This document shows, one piece after another, positions 55,707-64,000 of a stretch of 64,000 bases of DNA. The stretch comes from Candidatus Latescibacterota bacterium (GTDB lineage Bacteria > Latescibacterota > UBA2968 > UBA8231): the NCBI GenBank assembly GCA_965248355.1, contig OZ252098.1:3552001-3616000 (forward strand). Reading direction: 5' to 3'. Numbering within the stretch: the stretch's first letter is position 1; every line of letters begins with the position of its first letter. Below the pieces are notes generated by a model that had not been told where the DNA came from, did not search any database, and saw nothing but the letters and a program-made list of their open reading frames with translations. A program made the translations under genes and the position numbers.

Positions 55707-56448
55707 GATATTCTCCGGAGGTGGACACGAGGTGGGCGAAGAGCGTTTCCAGGTCGGCCCCGGGAAGGCCGGCGGCCTGGGCCTGCGCCGCCAGGGGGCC
55801 GTCGCCGAGGAGGCGCCCCTGGTGAATGATGAGCACGCGGTCGCTGACCGCCTCCACGTCGGGGATGATGTGGGTGGAGAACAGGATCGCCCGGTCCTGC
55901 TTGAGGCCGGAGAGCTGCTGGCGGAAGGCCATCACCTGCAGCGGATCGAAGCCGTGGGTCGGCTCGTCGAGCAGCAGCACCGGCGGGTCGTGCACAAGGG
56001 CGATGGAAAGCCCCACGCGCTGGCGGAAACCGGTCGAGCACTGGCGCACCCGCAGGCTCCGGACCGGGCCGAGACCGCACAGGTCGACGGTGCGCTCCAG
56101 GGCCTCCTCGAGCCGGCTCCCGCGCAGACCGTGAGCGCGGGCCACGAAGCGCAGCAGGTCGTCGACCACCATGTCGGCGTAGAGGGGGGTGTCCCCCGGC
56201 AGGTAGCCGATGCGGCGGCGCACTTCCAGGGGGTCCTCGGCGATGTCGTGCCCAGCGACCGAGACGCGCCCCGAGGTGGGCAGCAGGTAGGTGGCCAGCA
56301 TCTTCAGCATCGTCGACTTGCCGGCGCCGTTGGGCCCCACGAAGCCGACGATCTCCCCCCGCTCGACGTGGAAGGAGACGTCGTCCACGGCGGTGATCGC
56401 TCCGGCGCCCGACCCGAAGACGCGGGTGACCGCCTCCACCGCGATCAC
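55690..56448 (-). CDS. ABC transporter ATP-binding protein (GldA-like)
   Basis: GPNGAGKST, STGFRQRVG signature, LLLDEPT.G.DP, STHI; GTGA overlap with the upstream ATPase. Confidence 0.93.
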   Translation of the reverse strand: MIAVEAVTRVFGSGAGAITAVDDVSFHVERGEIVGFVGPNGAGKSTMLKMLATYLLPTSGRVSVAGHDIAEDPLEVRRRIGYLPGDTPLYADMVVDDLLRFVARAHGLRGSRLEEALERTVDLCGLGPVRSLRVRQCSTGFRQRVGLSIALVHDPPVLLLDEPTHGFDPLQVMAFRQQLSGLKQDRAILFSTHIIPDVEAVSDRVLIIHQGRLLGDGPLAAQAQAAGLPGADLETLFAHLVSTSGEYHGRGG

Positions 56449-58199
56449 GCGGGAACCTCCCCCGGGTTGTGCACCCGCAGCGTGCGCAGGCGGTTGAGGG
56501 CGGCGGCCAGCTCGAAGCGGCGGAAGCCGGCCAGGTCGCCCGAGGGCCGGCAGGACAGGGCGTCGAGCCCGCCGGCGGCGACGTCGGCCATGAGCCGGTC
56601 GAGGATCTCGGCCAGGCTGCGGCGGCCGTCGATGTAGCGCTCCCGCCCGCGAAGGATGGCCTCGGCGATGGCCCGCGTCTGGCCGGCGTCGACCAGCTGC
56701 GCCACGGCGGACAGGTCGATGCTCTCCTCCCCGAAGCGCAGCTCGAAGGGCCCTCTCGCCTTCCAGCTGACCTCGCGGCGCCCGCGCCTCGGGTCGATGC
56801 TGTCCGGCAGGGGCACTCGGGAGGGGCCCCCGGCCACCGGGCCCGTCGTCTCCCGGGTGCGGTCCCCCTCGTGGGCGCGGGCGATGGCGTGGGCCCGGAC
56901 CGTCACGTCCACAGGCTGATAGCGCTCCATGGCGATCACCGTGTCGGCGACGCCGAAGTAGTCGCCGCTGCCGCCCATGACCAGGACCGTGGAGACCCCG
57001 GCCTCCTCGTAGAGCTGGCGCACGCGGTCGATGTAGGGCCGCACCGGCTCCTGCTCCCGGGCCACGAGCTGCTGCATGCGGCCGTCGCGGATCATGAAGT
57101 TGGTCGCCGCCGTGTCCTCGTCGATCAGCAGACACCGGGTCCCCGCTTCCAGGGCCTCGACGATGGCCGCCGCCTGGGACGTCGAGCCCGAGGCGTGGCC
57201 GGTGCAGAAGAAGGAGTTGTCGTGCTCGAAGGGAAGCTCGCCGATGAAGGGGCTCAGGTCGACGCCGGCGGTGCTGCGGCCGTCCTCGGCGCGCACGGCT
57301 ACCGCGGTCGGATCGGTGACCACGCGCTCGCGGCCGTCGTGGGGACGGTGGTCGTAGACGCCGCGGGCCAGGGCCGACAGCAGCGTCGACTTGCCGTGGA
57401 ACCCGCCCCCGACGATCAGGGTCACGCCCTCCGGCACGGCCATGCCGGACACCGGACCGGCGTTGGGCGTGGGCAGCTCCACCCGCAGCGACGAAGGCGA
57501 GCGGAAGGGGACGGCGCCGCCCAGCGGCCGGTCGTCGACCCCGGACCGGCGGGGCAGCACGGCCCCGTCGGCGACGAAGCCGACCCAGCCGCCCCCGGCC
57601 AGGGCCGAGCGCAGGGCGGCGGCGTCCTCGGCGGTGCGCGTCCATTCGTCGATCTCGCGCCCGTCGCAACTCTCATGGCGCAGGGCCCGGGCGACGATCC
57701 CGGGGAGGCGGCGGCAGAGCAGGTCGGCGGCGGCCCTTCCCAGGACTCGGCGTCCAGCCGCCGGCAGCCCGACGACGAAACGGGCCTCCACCGAGCCCTC
57801 GTCGTCGACGAGGACACAGGTCCGCTCCAGCAGCTGCTGCCCCGGGCGGTCGATGGCGATCAGGCCCGAGGTGCCCGAGCCGGAGCCTCCCCGGGTCTCT
57901 CCAGCCTCATCGGCGAAGCGCAGCGCCAGGTACGAGCACAAGGCCCGCCGCCGGGGTTCCGGGGCGAAGGTGTGACCGGGGAAGCCGGCGGCGGACCGGT
58001 CGACCTGGACGCGCATCCGGCTCGGGGCGGCAAAGGGATCGGCCTGGACGTGATCGACGCACAGACGGAAGGGGATTTCCGTCTCGTCGAAGTCCCAGAC
58101 GCCGTGAAGCTCGCGGTAGGCCCGGTAGCCGCGGCCGTCGATGCGCTCGAGGAGGGGGCCCAGACGTCCGGCGTCACGCGTATCGCACTCGGAAGACAC
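56445..58199 (-). CDS. predicted ABC-class P-loop ATPase (standalone ABC_ATPase family)
   Basis: IDGRGY.AY, DHVQADPFA.PSR, GGGFHGKST, RAEDGR, ASGSTSQAA, LLIDEDT.ATNFM.RD, RRFELAAALNRLR. Confidence 0.88.
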   Translation of the reverse strand: MSSECDTRDAGRLGPLLERIDGRGYRAYRELHGVWDFDETEIPFRLCVDHVQADPFAAPSRMRVQVDRSAAGFPGHTFAPEPRRRALCSYLALRFADEAGETRGGSGSGTSGLIAIDRPGQQLLERTCVLVDDEGSVEARFVVGLPAAGRRVLGRAAADLLCRRLPGIVARALRHESCDGREIDEWTRTAEDAAALRSALAGGGWVGFVADGAVLPRRSGVDDRPLGGAVPFRSPSSLRVELPTPNAGPVSGMAVPEGVTLIVGGGFHGKSTLLSALARGVYDHRPHDGRERVVTDPTAVAVRAEDGRSTAGVDLSPFIGELPFEHDNSFFCTGHASGSTSQAAAIVEALEAGTRCLLIDEDTAATNFMIRDGRMQQLVAREQEPVRPYIDRVRQLYEEAGVSTVLVMGGSGDYFGVADTVIAMERYQPVDVTVRAHAIARAHEGDRTRETTGPVAGGPSRVPLPDSIDPRRGRREVSWKARGPFELRFGEESIDLSAVAQLVDAGQTRAIAEAILRGRERYIDGRRSLAEILDRLMADVAAGGLDALSCRPSGDLAGFRRFELAAALNRLRTLRVHNPGEVPA

Positions 58200-58214
58200 G
58201 GTTATATTCTACCC
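58200..58214. promoter_or_regulatory. putative bidirectional leaderless promoter
   Basis: 15 bp spacer with overlapping -10-like hexamers TATATT (+, 58203-58208) and TAGAAT (-, 58211-58206), each 6 bp from a start codon. Confidence 0.6.
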
Positions 58215-58880
58215 ATGGCGGACGACGACGGCAGGGACAGTGAGAAGCTCAGCGGTCTGCAGTGGCTGTCGCGGGAGCGCCCCGAGGCCATGGGCCACCT
58301 GCTCGCCTTCTTCCGCGAGTCCGGACGCCACCTCGACCCCAAGACCCGCTTCCTCATCTCCATAGTCACCAAGGTCGTGCGCCTGTCGCCGCGCGGGCTG
58401 CGCCAGTACATCCCGCGGGCCATGCGCGAGGGCGCCACCCGCGACGAGGTGCTCGACGCCATCCTCTGCGCCTACCCCGCGGCGGGGCTCACGAACGTGC
58501 TCGAGGCCGTGCAGGTGCTGCGCTCCCTCGACCTGCCTCCCGGCCCCGACGACAAGGCGGCCGAGCCCGAGGGCGATCCCGAGTGGACGACCGTTGCCCG
58601 GGCCGGCGATCTGCTGCCCGGCAGCGCCTCCGTCGTCGAGGCCCGGGGCCGCTCCCTGGCCCTGTTCAACGTGGACGGCGCCTTCCACGCCACCTCCAAC
58701 ACCTGCCTGCACGAAGGAAGCGAGCTGGGCTGCGGCTCTCTCGAAGGCCGCGTCGTCACCTGCTACCGCCACGGCTGGACCTTCGACGTCACCAGCGGCG
58801 CCTGCCTCACCCGCCCCGGACGGAGCGTGGCCAGCTACCCGGTGCGCGTCGAGGACGGCGAGGTGCGCGTCCTGGCCTGA
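58215..58880 (+). CDS. CMD/AhpD-like domain fused to a Rieske [2Fe-2S] ferredoxin domain
   Basis: LDPKTRFLIS...AMREGATRDEV.DAI CMD pattern; CLH...CYRHGWTFD Rieske ligands. Confidence 0.85.
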   Translation: MADDDGRDSEKLSGLQWLSRERPEAMGHLLAFFRESGRHLDPKTRFLISIVTKVVRLSPRGLRQYIPRAMREGATRDEVLDAILCAYPAAGLTNVLEAVQVLRSLDLPPGPDDKAAEPEGDPEWTTVARAGDLLPGSASVVEARGRSLALFNVDGAFHATSNTCLHEGSELGCGSLEGRVVTCYRHGWTFDVTSGACLTRPGRSVASYPVRVEDGEVRVLA

Positions 58881-58918
58881 GGCTGCCCCGGCGGAGCCCC
58901 GCCGCGCCCGGCGCCCCG

Positions 58919-59587
58919 TTACGCCGCGAAACAACCCGGATCGATCCGCCCGGTGCGGGCCCAGCCCCGGATGGCGGCGAGGCTGCGCCGGAAGGTGTCC
59001 AGGATCTCGTCCGGATAGCCGGTCACCGCGGACCTCGGCAGCTCCTGCTCGACGATCCGCCCGTCCGAGCTCCCCCCGGCGAAGCGGACCCGCCCTCGCA
59101 GGCTCGCCCGCCGCCCGAGGATCAGCTCCGAGAACTCCTCCAGATCGACCTCGGCCAGTCCGTCCACCTCGTCGCTGAACCGCAGCCGCGACAGGTCCAG
59201 GGGCACCGGGTAGAGCAGGAGGTGCTGCAGGATGCTGCGGCAATCGCCGGTGGGCCGCTCCTTGCGGCTCGACCCCAGGTACAGGAGATCGGCGGCGGCG
59301 GCCGTCACCCCCACCTCTTCCAGCAGCTCCCGGCGACCGGCGTCCACGGCGGTCTCGCCGGCGAGGATGTGCCCCCCCGCGAGGGCGTCGACCTGGCCGG
59401 CGTAGGGGTCGCCCGGGCGTCCCCGGCGTTGCAGGACCATCACCGGCCGCTCCCCGGAGACGAAGGCGGACCACACGAAGACGAGCCCGTGCAGGTCGTG
59501 GTCCCGGTGCACGAGGTGGCGCGGCTTCCGGCCCACGACGCGGCCGTCCTCGGCCAGCACGTCGAGCAGCTCGGGGGCGGTGCTCAA
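58919..59587 (-). CDS. NUDIX hydrolase (IPP isomerase-like subfamily)
   Basis: ELLDVL..DG..VG...R..VH....H, GGHILAGET...AGRRELLEEVG Nudix box; TTG overlaps the upstream stop. Confidence 0.85.
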   Translation of the reverse strand: MSTAPELLDVLAEDGRVVGRKPRHLVHRDHDLHGLVFVWSAFVSGERPVMVLQRRGRPGDPYAGQVDALAGGHILAGETAVDAGRRELLEEVGVTAAAADLLYLGSSRKERPTGDCRSILQHLLLYPVPLDLSRLRFSDEVDGLAEVDLEEFSELILGRRASLRGRVRFAGGSSDGRIVEQELPRSAVTGYPDEILDTFRRSLAAIRGWARTGRIDPGCFAA

Positions 59588-60387
59588 GAGATGGCGGCGA
59601 GGAACTGGAAGAGGAAGGCGAGTACCGTGGCCACGGCGCAGAGCCCGGCCAGGACGTAGGTGCCGATGCCCTCGCGCTCGTCCGGCGAGCGGCTGAACAT
59701 CCAGGCCGCGGCATAACCGCCGGCGAAGCCGCCGCCGTGGGCCCAGTTGTCGATGTTCGGCATGAGCAGGCCGAAGATGAAGAGGAGCACCGCCCACTGC
59801 AGGTACTGGCGGGTGAACATGCCGGCGCCCCGGCGGCGGCCGTAGGCGATGGCGGCGGCCAGGAGGCCGAAGATCGACCCCGAGGCCCCCAGGGTGGCGG
59901 CGCTGCCCATGGCCACGGAGGCGATGAACCCCGCCACGCCCGAGATGGTGAAGATGACGAACAGCCGCCACGGGCCGAAGAGCTCGCTCACCAGCGGCCC
60001 GAGCTGGCGCACCCACATGAGGTTGAAGAAGATGTGGAGCAGGCTGCCGTGCAGGTAGATGGCGGTGATCACCGTCCACCAGCGGCCGAGGAGAAGCACC
60101 GCGTAGCCGCCTGTCATGCCCGCCTCCAGGCTGGCCCTCGACGATGGCGCCAGGATGCTCATCAACCCCCGCGGTTGCAGGACGGCGCCCGGGTCCAGGG
60201 CCAGGCACAACACGTACAGGCCCACGCAGACCATGGTGATCACCTGGGGGAAGTCGAGGCTCAGGCCGAGCTGCCGCATGCGGCTGGCCAGCCCGAACAT
60301 GCCGGGCCGGATCTGCCCGCAGTAGGGACAGCGAGCCTCGTCGGCGCTGATCAGCTTGTGACAGCGGGGGCACAGGATGGCGGCCAT
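59584..60387 (-). CDS. rhomboid intramembrane serine protease with N-terminal zinc ribbon
   Basis: CPRC..CPYC; LHGSLLHIFFN, GASG, AHGGG. Confidence 0.92.
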   Translation of the reverse strand: MAAILCPRCHKLISADEARCPYCGQIRPGMFGLASRMRQLGLSLDFPQVITMVCVGLYVLCLALDPGAVLQPRGLMSILAPSSRASLEAGMTGGYAVLLLGRWWTVITAIYLHGSLLHIFFNLMWVRQLGPLVSELFGPWRLFVIFTISGVAGFIASVAMGSAATLGASGSIFGLLAAAIAYGRRRGAGMFTRQYLQWAVLLFIFGLLMPNIDNWAHGGGFAGGYAAAWMFSRSPDEREGIGTYVLAGLCAVATVLAFLFQFLAAIS

Positions 60388-61664
60388 CAGATTCCGAGAC
60401 TCTCGTTGATATCGGCCTGGTACTCGTGCAGCCGGTCCTGCAGGACCTCGTCCACCGAGACCGCCCGCCCCGCCGCCTGCGACTCCATCCAGGCGTAGGC
60501 CAGGGCCACCGAGCGAGCCCCCTGCCCGCCGTCGACCTCCGGACGGCCGGGCTCGCCGGCGATGGCGGCGCCGAAGTCGGCGTACTCCACGGCGATGATC
60601 TTGCGGTCGATCACCGCGAACTCGAAGCCGTACTCGCCCAGCCGGTCGCCGCCGAAGAGGACCGCCGTGGGCTCGTCGAGGCGGAACTCGGGCACCAGGT
60701 CGAGCAACGGGGCGCCGCTCACCGGGTCCTGCCCCGGAAGGTGCAGGGTGAGGGGCCGGCCGCTGCGGTCTCCCGGCAGGTCCAGGGAGCCGAGAGCGCC
60801 GTAGATCGCCCGCTTCCGCATCTCCTCGCCGCGGCCGGCGTGGTCCTCGATGTACGAGGCCACCGCGCCGGAGAGGAACCCGATCGTCGCATAGGCGGCG
60901 TCATCGGCCGTGGCCTCGAACTCGGCGGGCATCTCCCTCTGCCAGCGCCCGTACACGCCGGCGGGCCCACCATCGCCGGAGGAATCCCTGCCGGCGGCCG
61001 GGTTCCTGCGCACTCTCTCGTGCAGCCGCGTCTGGGCGTACACGGTGGCCGCCGGACCCAGGTAGTACTCGAGGATGTCGGCGAAGTGGACGCCCACGTC
61101 CAGCAGCACGCCGCTGGCGTCCTTGCGGTGACGCCAGACCGAGATCAGCATGCGGTCGCCGCCCCCGAGGGAGTGCTGCACCATGAGCCGGGGCTCGCCG
61201 ATGACGCCGGCGTCGAGCAGCGCCTTGCCGAGGCGGTTCATCGGGTCGCGGCGGTAGTTCTCGGCCGTGGACAGGACCCGCCCCGACGCCTCCGAGGCGT
61301 CGAGCATGAGCCGGCAGGCGCGCGCCGTCAGCCCCAGGGGCTTCTCGCACATGACGTGCCACCCCCGGTCGAGGGCCTCCACGGCCACGGTGTGGTGGGC
61401 CCGCGGGGTCGTCGTCAGGTCGATGGCATGGACCTCGGCGGCGGCGGCCAGGGCCTCCAGCGAGCCGGCTGTCGCCGGGCGCCGGCCGAGCAGCTTCGCG
61501 GCCTGATCGGCCAGGGAGGCGGCGTTGTCCTCCTCCGGATCGCAGGCCCCCACCAGCTCGAAGGGGGACAGACCGGCGCGGGCCAGCTCGGCGAGTCCGT
61601 AGAGGTGCCGGTGGCCCATGCCGCCGCAGCCGACGATGGCGAGATGGATTCGGGAGTCGGACAT
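60387..61664 (-). CDS. Gfo/Idh/MocA family oxidoreductase
   Basis: AIVGCGGMG, HVMCEKP, AENYR, GVLLDVGVHFAD. Confidence 0.92.
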   Translation of the reverse strand: MSDSRIHLAIVGCGGMGHRHLYGLAELARAGLSPFELVGACDPEEDNAASLADQAAKLLGRRPATAGSLEALAAAAEVHAIDLTTTPRAHHTVAVEALDRGWHVMCEKPLGLTARACRLMLDASEASGRVLSTAENYRRDPMNRLGKALLDAGVIGEPRLMVQHSLGGGDRMLISVWRHRKDASGVLLDVGVHFADILEYYLGPAATVYAQTRLHERVRRNPAAGRDSSGDGGPAGVYGRWQREMPAEFEATADDAAYATIGFLSGAVASYIEDHAGRGEEMRKRAIYGALGSLDLPGDRSGRPLTLHLPGQDPVSGAPLLDLVPEFRLDEPTAVLFGGDRLGEYGFEFAVIDRKIIAVEYADFGAAIAGEPGRPEVDGGQGARSVALAYAWMESQAAGRAVSVDEVLQDRLHEYQADINESLGI

Positions 61665-61676
61665 GCTCGATCCGGG

Positions 61677-61719
61677 AATAGAGAAACAGCCCTGCTCACC
61701 GGGTGGGTGAGAAGGGCTG
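61677..61719 (-). terminator. hairpin plus T-rich tail (terminator/attenuator-like) just upstream of the Gfo/Idh/MocA start
   Basis: Minus strand CAGCCCTTCTCACC-CACCC-GGTGAGCAGGGCTG followed by TTTCTCTATT. Confidence 0.4.
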
Positions 61720-61957
61720 CCGACCTGCGCGTCTCAATATAGGCGGCCGGGATGGTTCCCTCCACCCGAGGGCCGCGGGCGCCGCGGCCATCCCGGGAAC
61801 CGCTGGGCGACCTCCGGGCGTGGCCCCCTTTGCGGCCACGTCGAGGACCCGAAAGCTGCGCGGTTTTGCCTATACTCTATCGACCCGACCGCTGGCACAT
61901 CCCGAACACTTCGACCCGCCCCAGGTCTTTCACGTGGGGCACGTCTGAGGCTCCGCC

Positions 61958-64000
61958 ATGGCCCTCGCCCCCGGCCACATGCCTGATCTGACGCTCCTGG
62001 TCGGGGGTCCCGGCAGCGGAAAGACAGACCAGGTCATCTCGAGGCTGTCTGCGCGCTACGAGGCCGACCCGTTCTCGGAAGCGATCGTGCTGGTGCCGAC
62101 GGTACGCCACGGAGACCAGTTTCGCCGCCGTCTGGTCGGTCGATGCGGGGTGGCTCTGCGCCTGCGTGTCGAGACCATTGCCCAGTTCAGCCGGACGCTG
62201 GCCTCCAATGCGAGGGTCCCGTCCCACTCCTTGTCCGAGGAACTCCTGCAACGAACCATACGCCTCGGCGTCGAGAGTGGGTCTGCCGCCTACTTCAAGC
62301 CTGTTGTCGGGACCAAAGGACTGGGGAACCTCCTTGGCGGCGCCATCGGTGATCTGCTGGCGGAAGGCGTGGATCCCGAGGCCCTGTCGGAAGCCGCCGG
62401 GAGGTCGGGATCACGGAGCCTGGAGGCACTGGGTGCCATCTACAAGGAGTACCGCTTTGCACTCGGACAGGGGAACTGGACTCATCCGATGCAGATCGGC
62501 GCGGCGGCGGCGGATGTCGTCAAGGCAGGTGCGGATCTGCCCGGCACGATCATGCTGGATGGCTTCCATCTCTTTCGGGAGACGGAGATGGACCTGCTCG
62601 AAGCCCTCGCTGAAAGAGTCGCCATTGTTGTCACGCTGGACCCGGGTGCGGGAGTTCGCGCCGGGCACGACTACGAGCGGCTGTGTCGTCGATTCCCGAA
62701 TGCGAAGGTCCTGGAGCTCGAGTGCGATGTTGCATCGCCCACAAACGTGGTGGCAGGCGATGCGGCCGACCGGGAAGGCCAATTGCGTGCGATAGCGCGC
62801 CAGATCAAGCAGCGCCTGACCGATAAGCCGTCGCTTCGCCCGTCCGACTTCGCCGTCGCATTCCGGCAGGTAACGCCGCATCTGGGCCTGGCCCGGCAGG
62901 TTTTCTCCGAGTATGACCTGCCACTCGACCCGGCCGCAGGAGAGCGGCTGAGCGCCCGTCCCCTGGGGGCCTGGCTCCGTCGCCTGATGCACCTGGCCCG
63001 GGACGGCTGGCATCTGCGTGACGTTGTCGCAGTGCTGTCCAGCGGATTCGTCGATCTCGGCCGCTGGGGGCTGTCCCGCAACGATGTCGCCGTCTTTGCC
63101 CGGCGAGCGCGGGAGCACAACCTCTGGGCGGGACTCGACGCTCTTGGCCGTGTCGTGGAGGGTCTGCGCAGTGGCGGGGACGACCCGGAAAAGAGCGACC
63201 GTGCCCGCCAGAGACTGGGCGGGATTGCGTCGGGAATGTCAACCGCCCTCGAGGATCTGCGCGCCCTGCTGGTGCGGTCATCCGGGACGACCGCGGAGCA
63301 TGCGCGACACTTCGACGAGGCGCTGTTCGGCGGTCAGGCCCTGGTGGATCCCCGGTCCAGGGCGCAGCCCGGCGTGGACGTGGAGCTCGATGCCCTGCGA
63401 GGCCAGCTTCAGGACCTGATCCATACACACGAGGTACTGGGAGGCGGGCCCGAGCCCTTCGAGTCATTCATGGCTCGGCTCGAAGCGAAGTTCGACGCTG
63501 CGACGGTGTTGCTGCGCGAGCCCGGCGGCGTCCTCCTCGCGCCGATGCATACCCTCCACGGCCTGCGCTTCGACTTCGTTGCAGTGGGGGGGTTGGTGGA
63601 GGGAGAGTTCCCCGCGCCGCGCGGCTACCACTCGCTTCTCGATAGCGACGCCATGGACGAGCTCAATCGATGGGGGCTCGGGATTCCGCCGGAGGCCCGG
63701 CTGTCCGAAGATGAGTTGTGGGCGTCGGCATCCACCCGTGCGGACCGCACACTCTCACTGTGGAAGACCAGGCTCAACGAGCGAGGCCGTCCCGTGTCGG
63801 CTTCCTACTACTACGGCAAGCTGCAGCCCGGCGAGTGCATCGAGGCGGGGATGTCCATGCCCGAAGAAGCCACCTCGGCGCGCGAGCTGGCGATCGCCTG
63901 CACCTGGCAGTGGCCGAGCCATGGCCGGCTTCGGCCGCGTGGAGAGTCGGCCTGGCCCATCGTGCGCTCCGCGGTCACGGTCGAGCAGCGCCGCCGTTCC
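61958..64000 (+). CDS. AddB/RexB-like helicase-nuclease subunit (partial, runs off the window)
   Basis: Not in the ORF track (no stop in window). My translation gives LLVGGPGSGKT, IVLVPT, LDGFHLF, IARQIK, DFAVAFR, HGLRFDFVAVGGLVEGEFP, typical of the inactive SF1 helicase body of AddB. Confidence 0.78.
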   Translation, partial: MALAPGHMPDLTLLVGGPGSGKTDQVISRLSARYEADPFSEAIVLVPTVRHGDQFRRRLVGRCGVALRLRVETIAQFSRTLASNARVPSHSLSEELLQRTIRLGVESGSAAYFKPVVGTKGLGNLLGGAIGDLLAEGVDPEALSEAAGRSGSRSLEALGAIYKEYRFALGQGNWTHPMQIGAAAADVVKAGADLPGTIMLDGFHLFRETEMDLLEALAERVAIVVTLDPGAGVRAGHDYERLCRRFPNAKVLELECDVASPTNVVAGDAADREGQLRAIARQIKQRLTDKPSLRPSDFAVAFRQVTPHLGLARQVFSEYDLPLDPAAGERLSARPLGAWLRRLMHLARDGWHLRDVVAVLSSGFVDLGRWGLSRNDVAVFARRAREHNLWAGLDALGRVVEGLRSGGDDPEKSDRARQRLGGIASGMSTALEDLRALLVRSSGTTAEHARHFDEALFGGQALVDPRSRAQPGVDVELDALRGQLQDLIHTHEVLGGGPEPFESFMARLEAKFDAATVLLREPGGVLLAPMHTLHGLRFDFVAVGGLVEGEFPAPRGYHSLLDSDAMDELNRWGLGIPPEARLSEDELWASASTRADRTLSLWKTRLNERGRPVSASYYYGKLQPGECIEAGMSMPEEATSARELAIACTWQWPSHGRLRPRGESAWPIVRSAVTVEQRRRS

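Overview
Very GC-rich bacterial chromosomal window. By inference it comes from the FCB superphylum (Latescibacterota/Gemmatimonadota-like), based on PorV-like barrels, an FlgD-Ig/T9SS-like C-terminal domain, an FCB-type long SecA and a Gld-like ABC system. About 50 CDS are supportable; no tRNA, rRNA, CRISPR array, integrase or transposase was recognised. Main blocks: (1) a long, largely translationally coupled minus-strand operon PHP > Asp-box propeller with FlgD/CTD > 2x PorV-like > site-2 protease > 2 paralogous lipoproteins > eroded YibQ-like > tgt > yajC > fmt; (2) cocE-like, rhaB, purC, GT2; (3) S55 peptidase > propeller > ribD-ribE-ribBA-ribH-nusB > secA; (4) ftsY, gltA, aldo/keto reductase, hpf, an Lrp-like regulator divergent from gltBD; (5) an RND efflux operon whose first gene is an in-frame TetR-TolC fusion with an internal signal peptide, preceded by duplicated operators; (6) a more AT-rich islet in which a Fic gene and a Phd-VapC module each sit next to a copy of the same decayed TPR-like gene end; (7) a GldA/F/G-DUF4340 ABC system coupled to a P-loop ATPase and sharing a 15-bp divergent spacer with a CMD-Rieske fusion; (8) NUDIX, rhomboid, Gfo/Idh/MocA and an AddB-like gene running off the window. 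Best candidates for new biology: the TetR-TolC fusion, the repeat-bounded toxin cassette islet, and the minimal T9SS-like operon. All calls are from motif reading by eye; no database searches were run.
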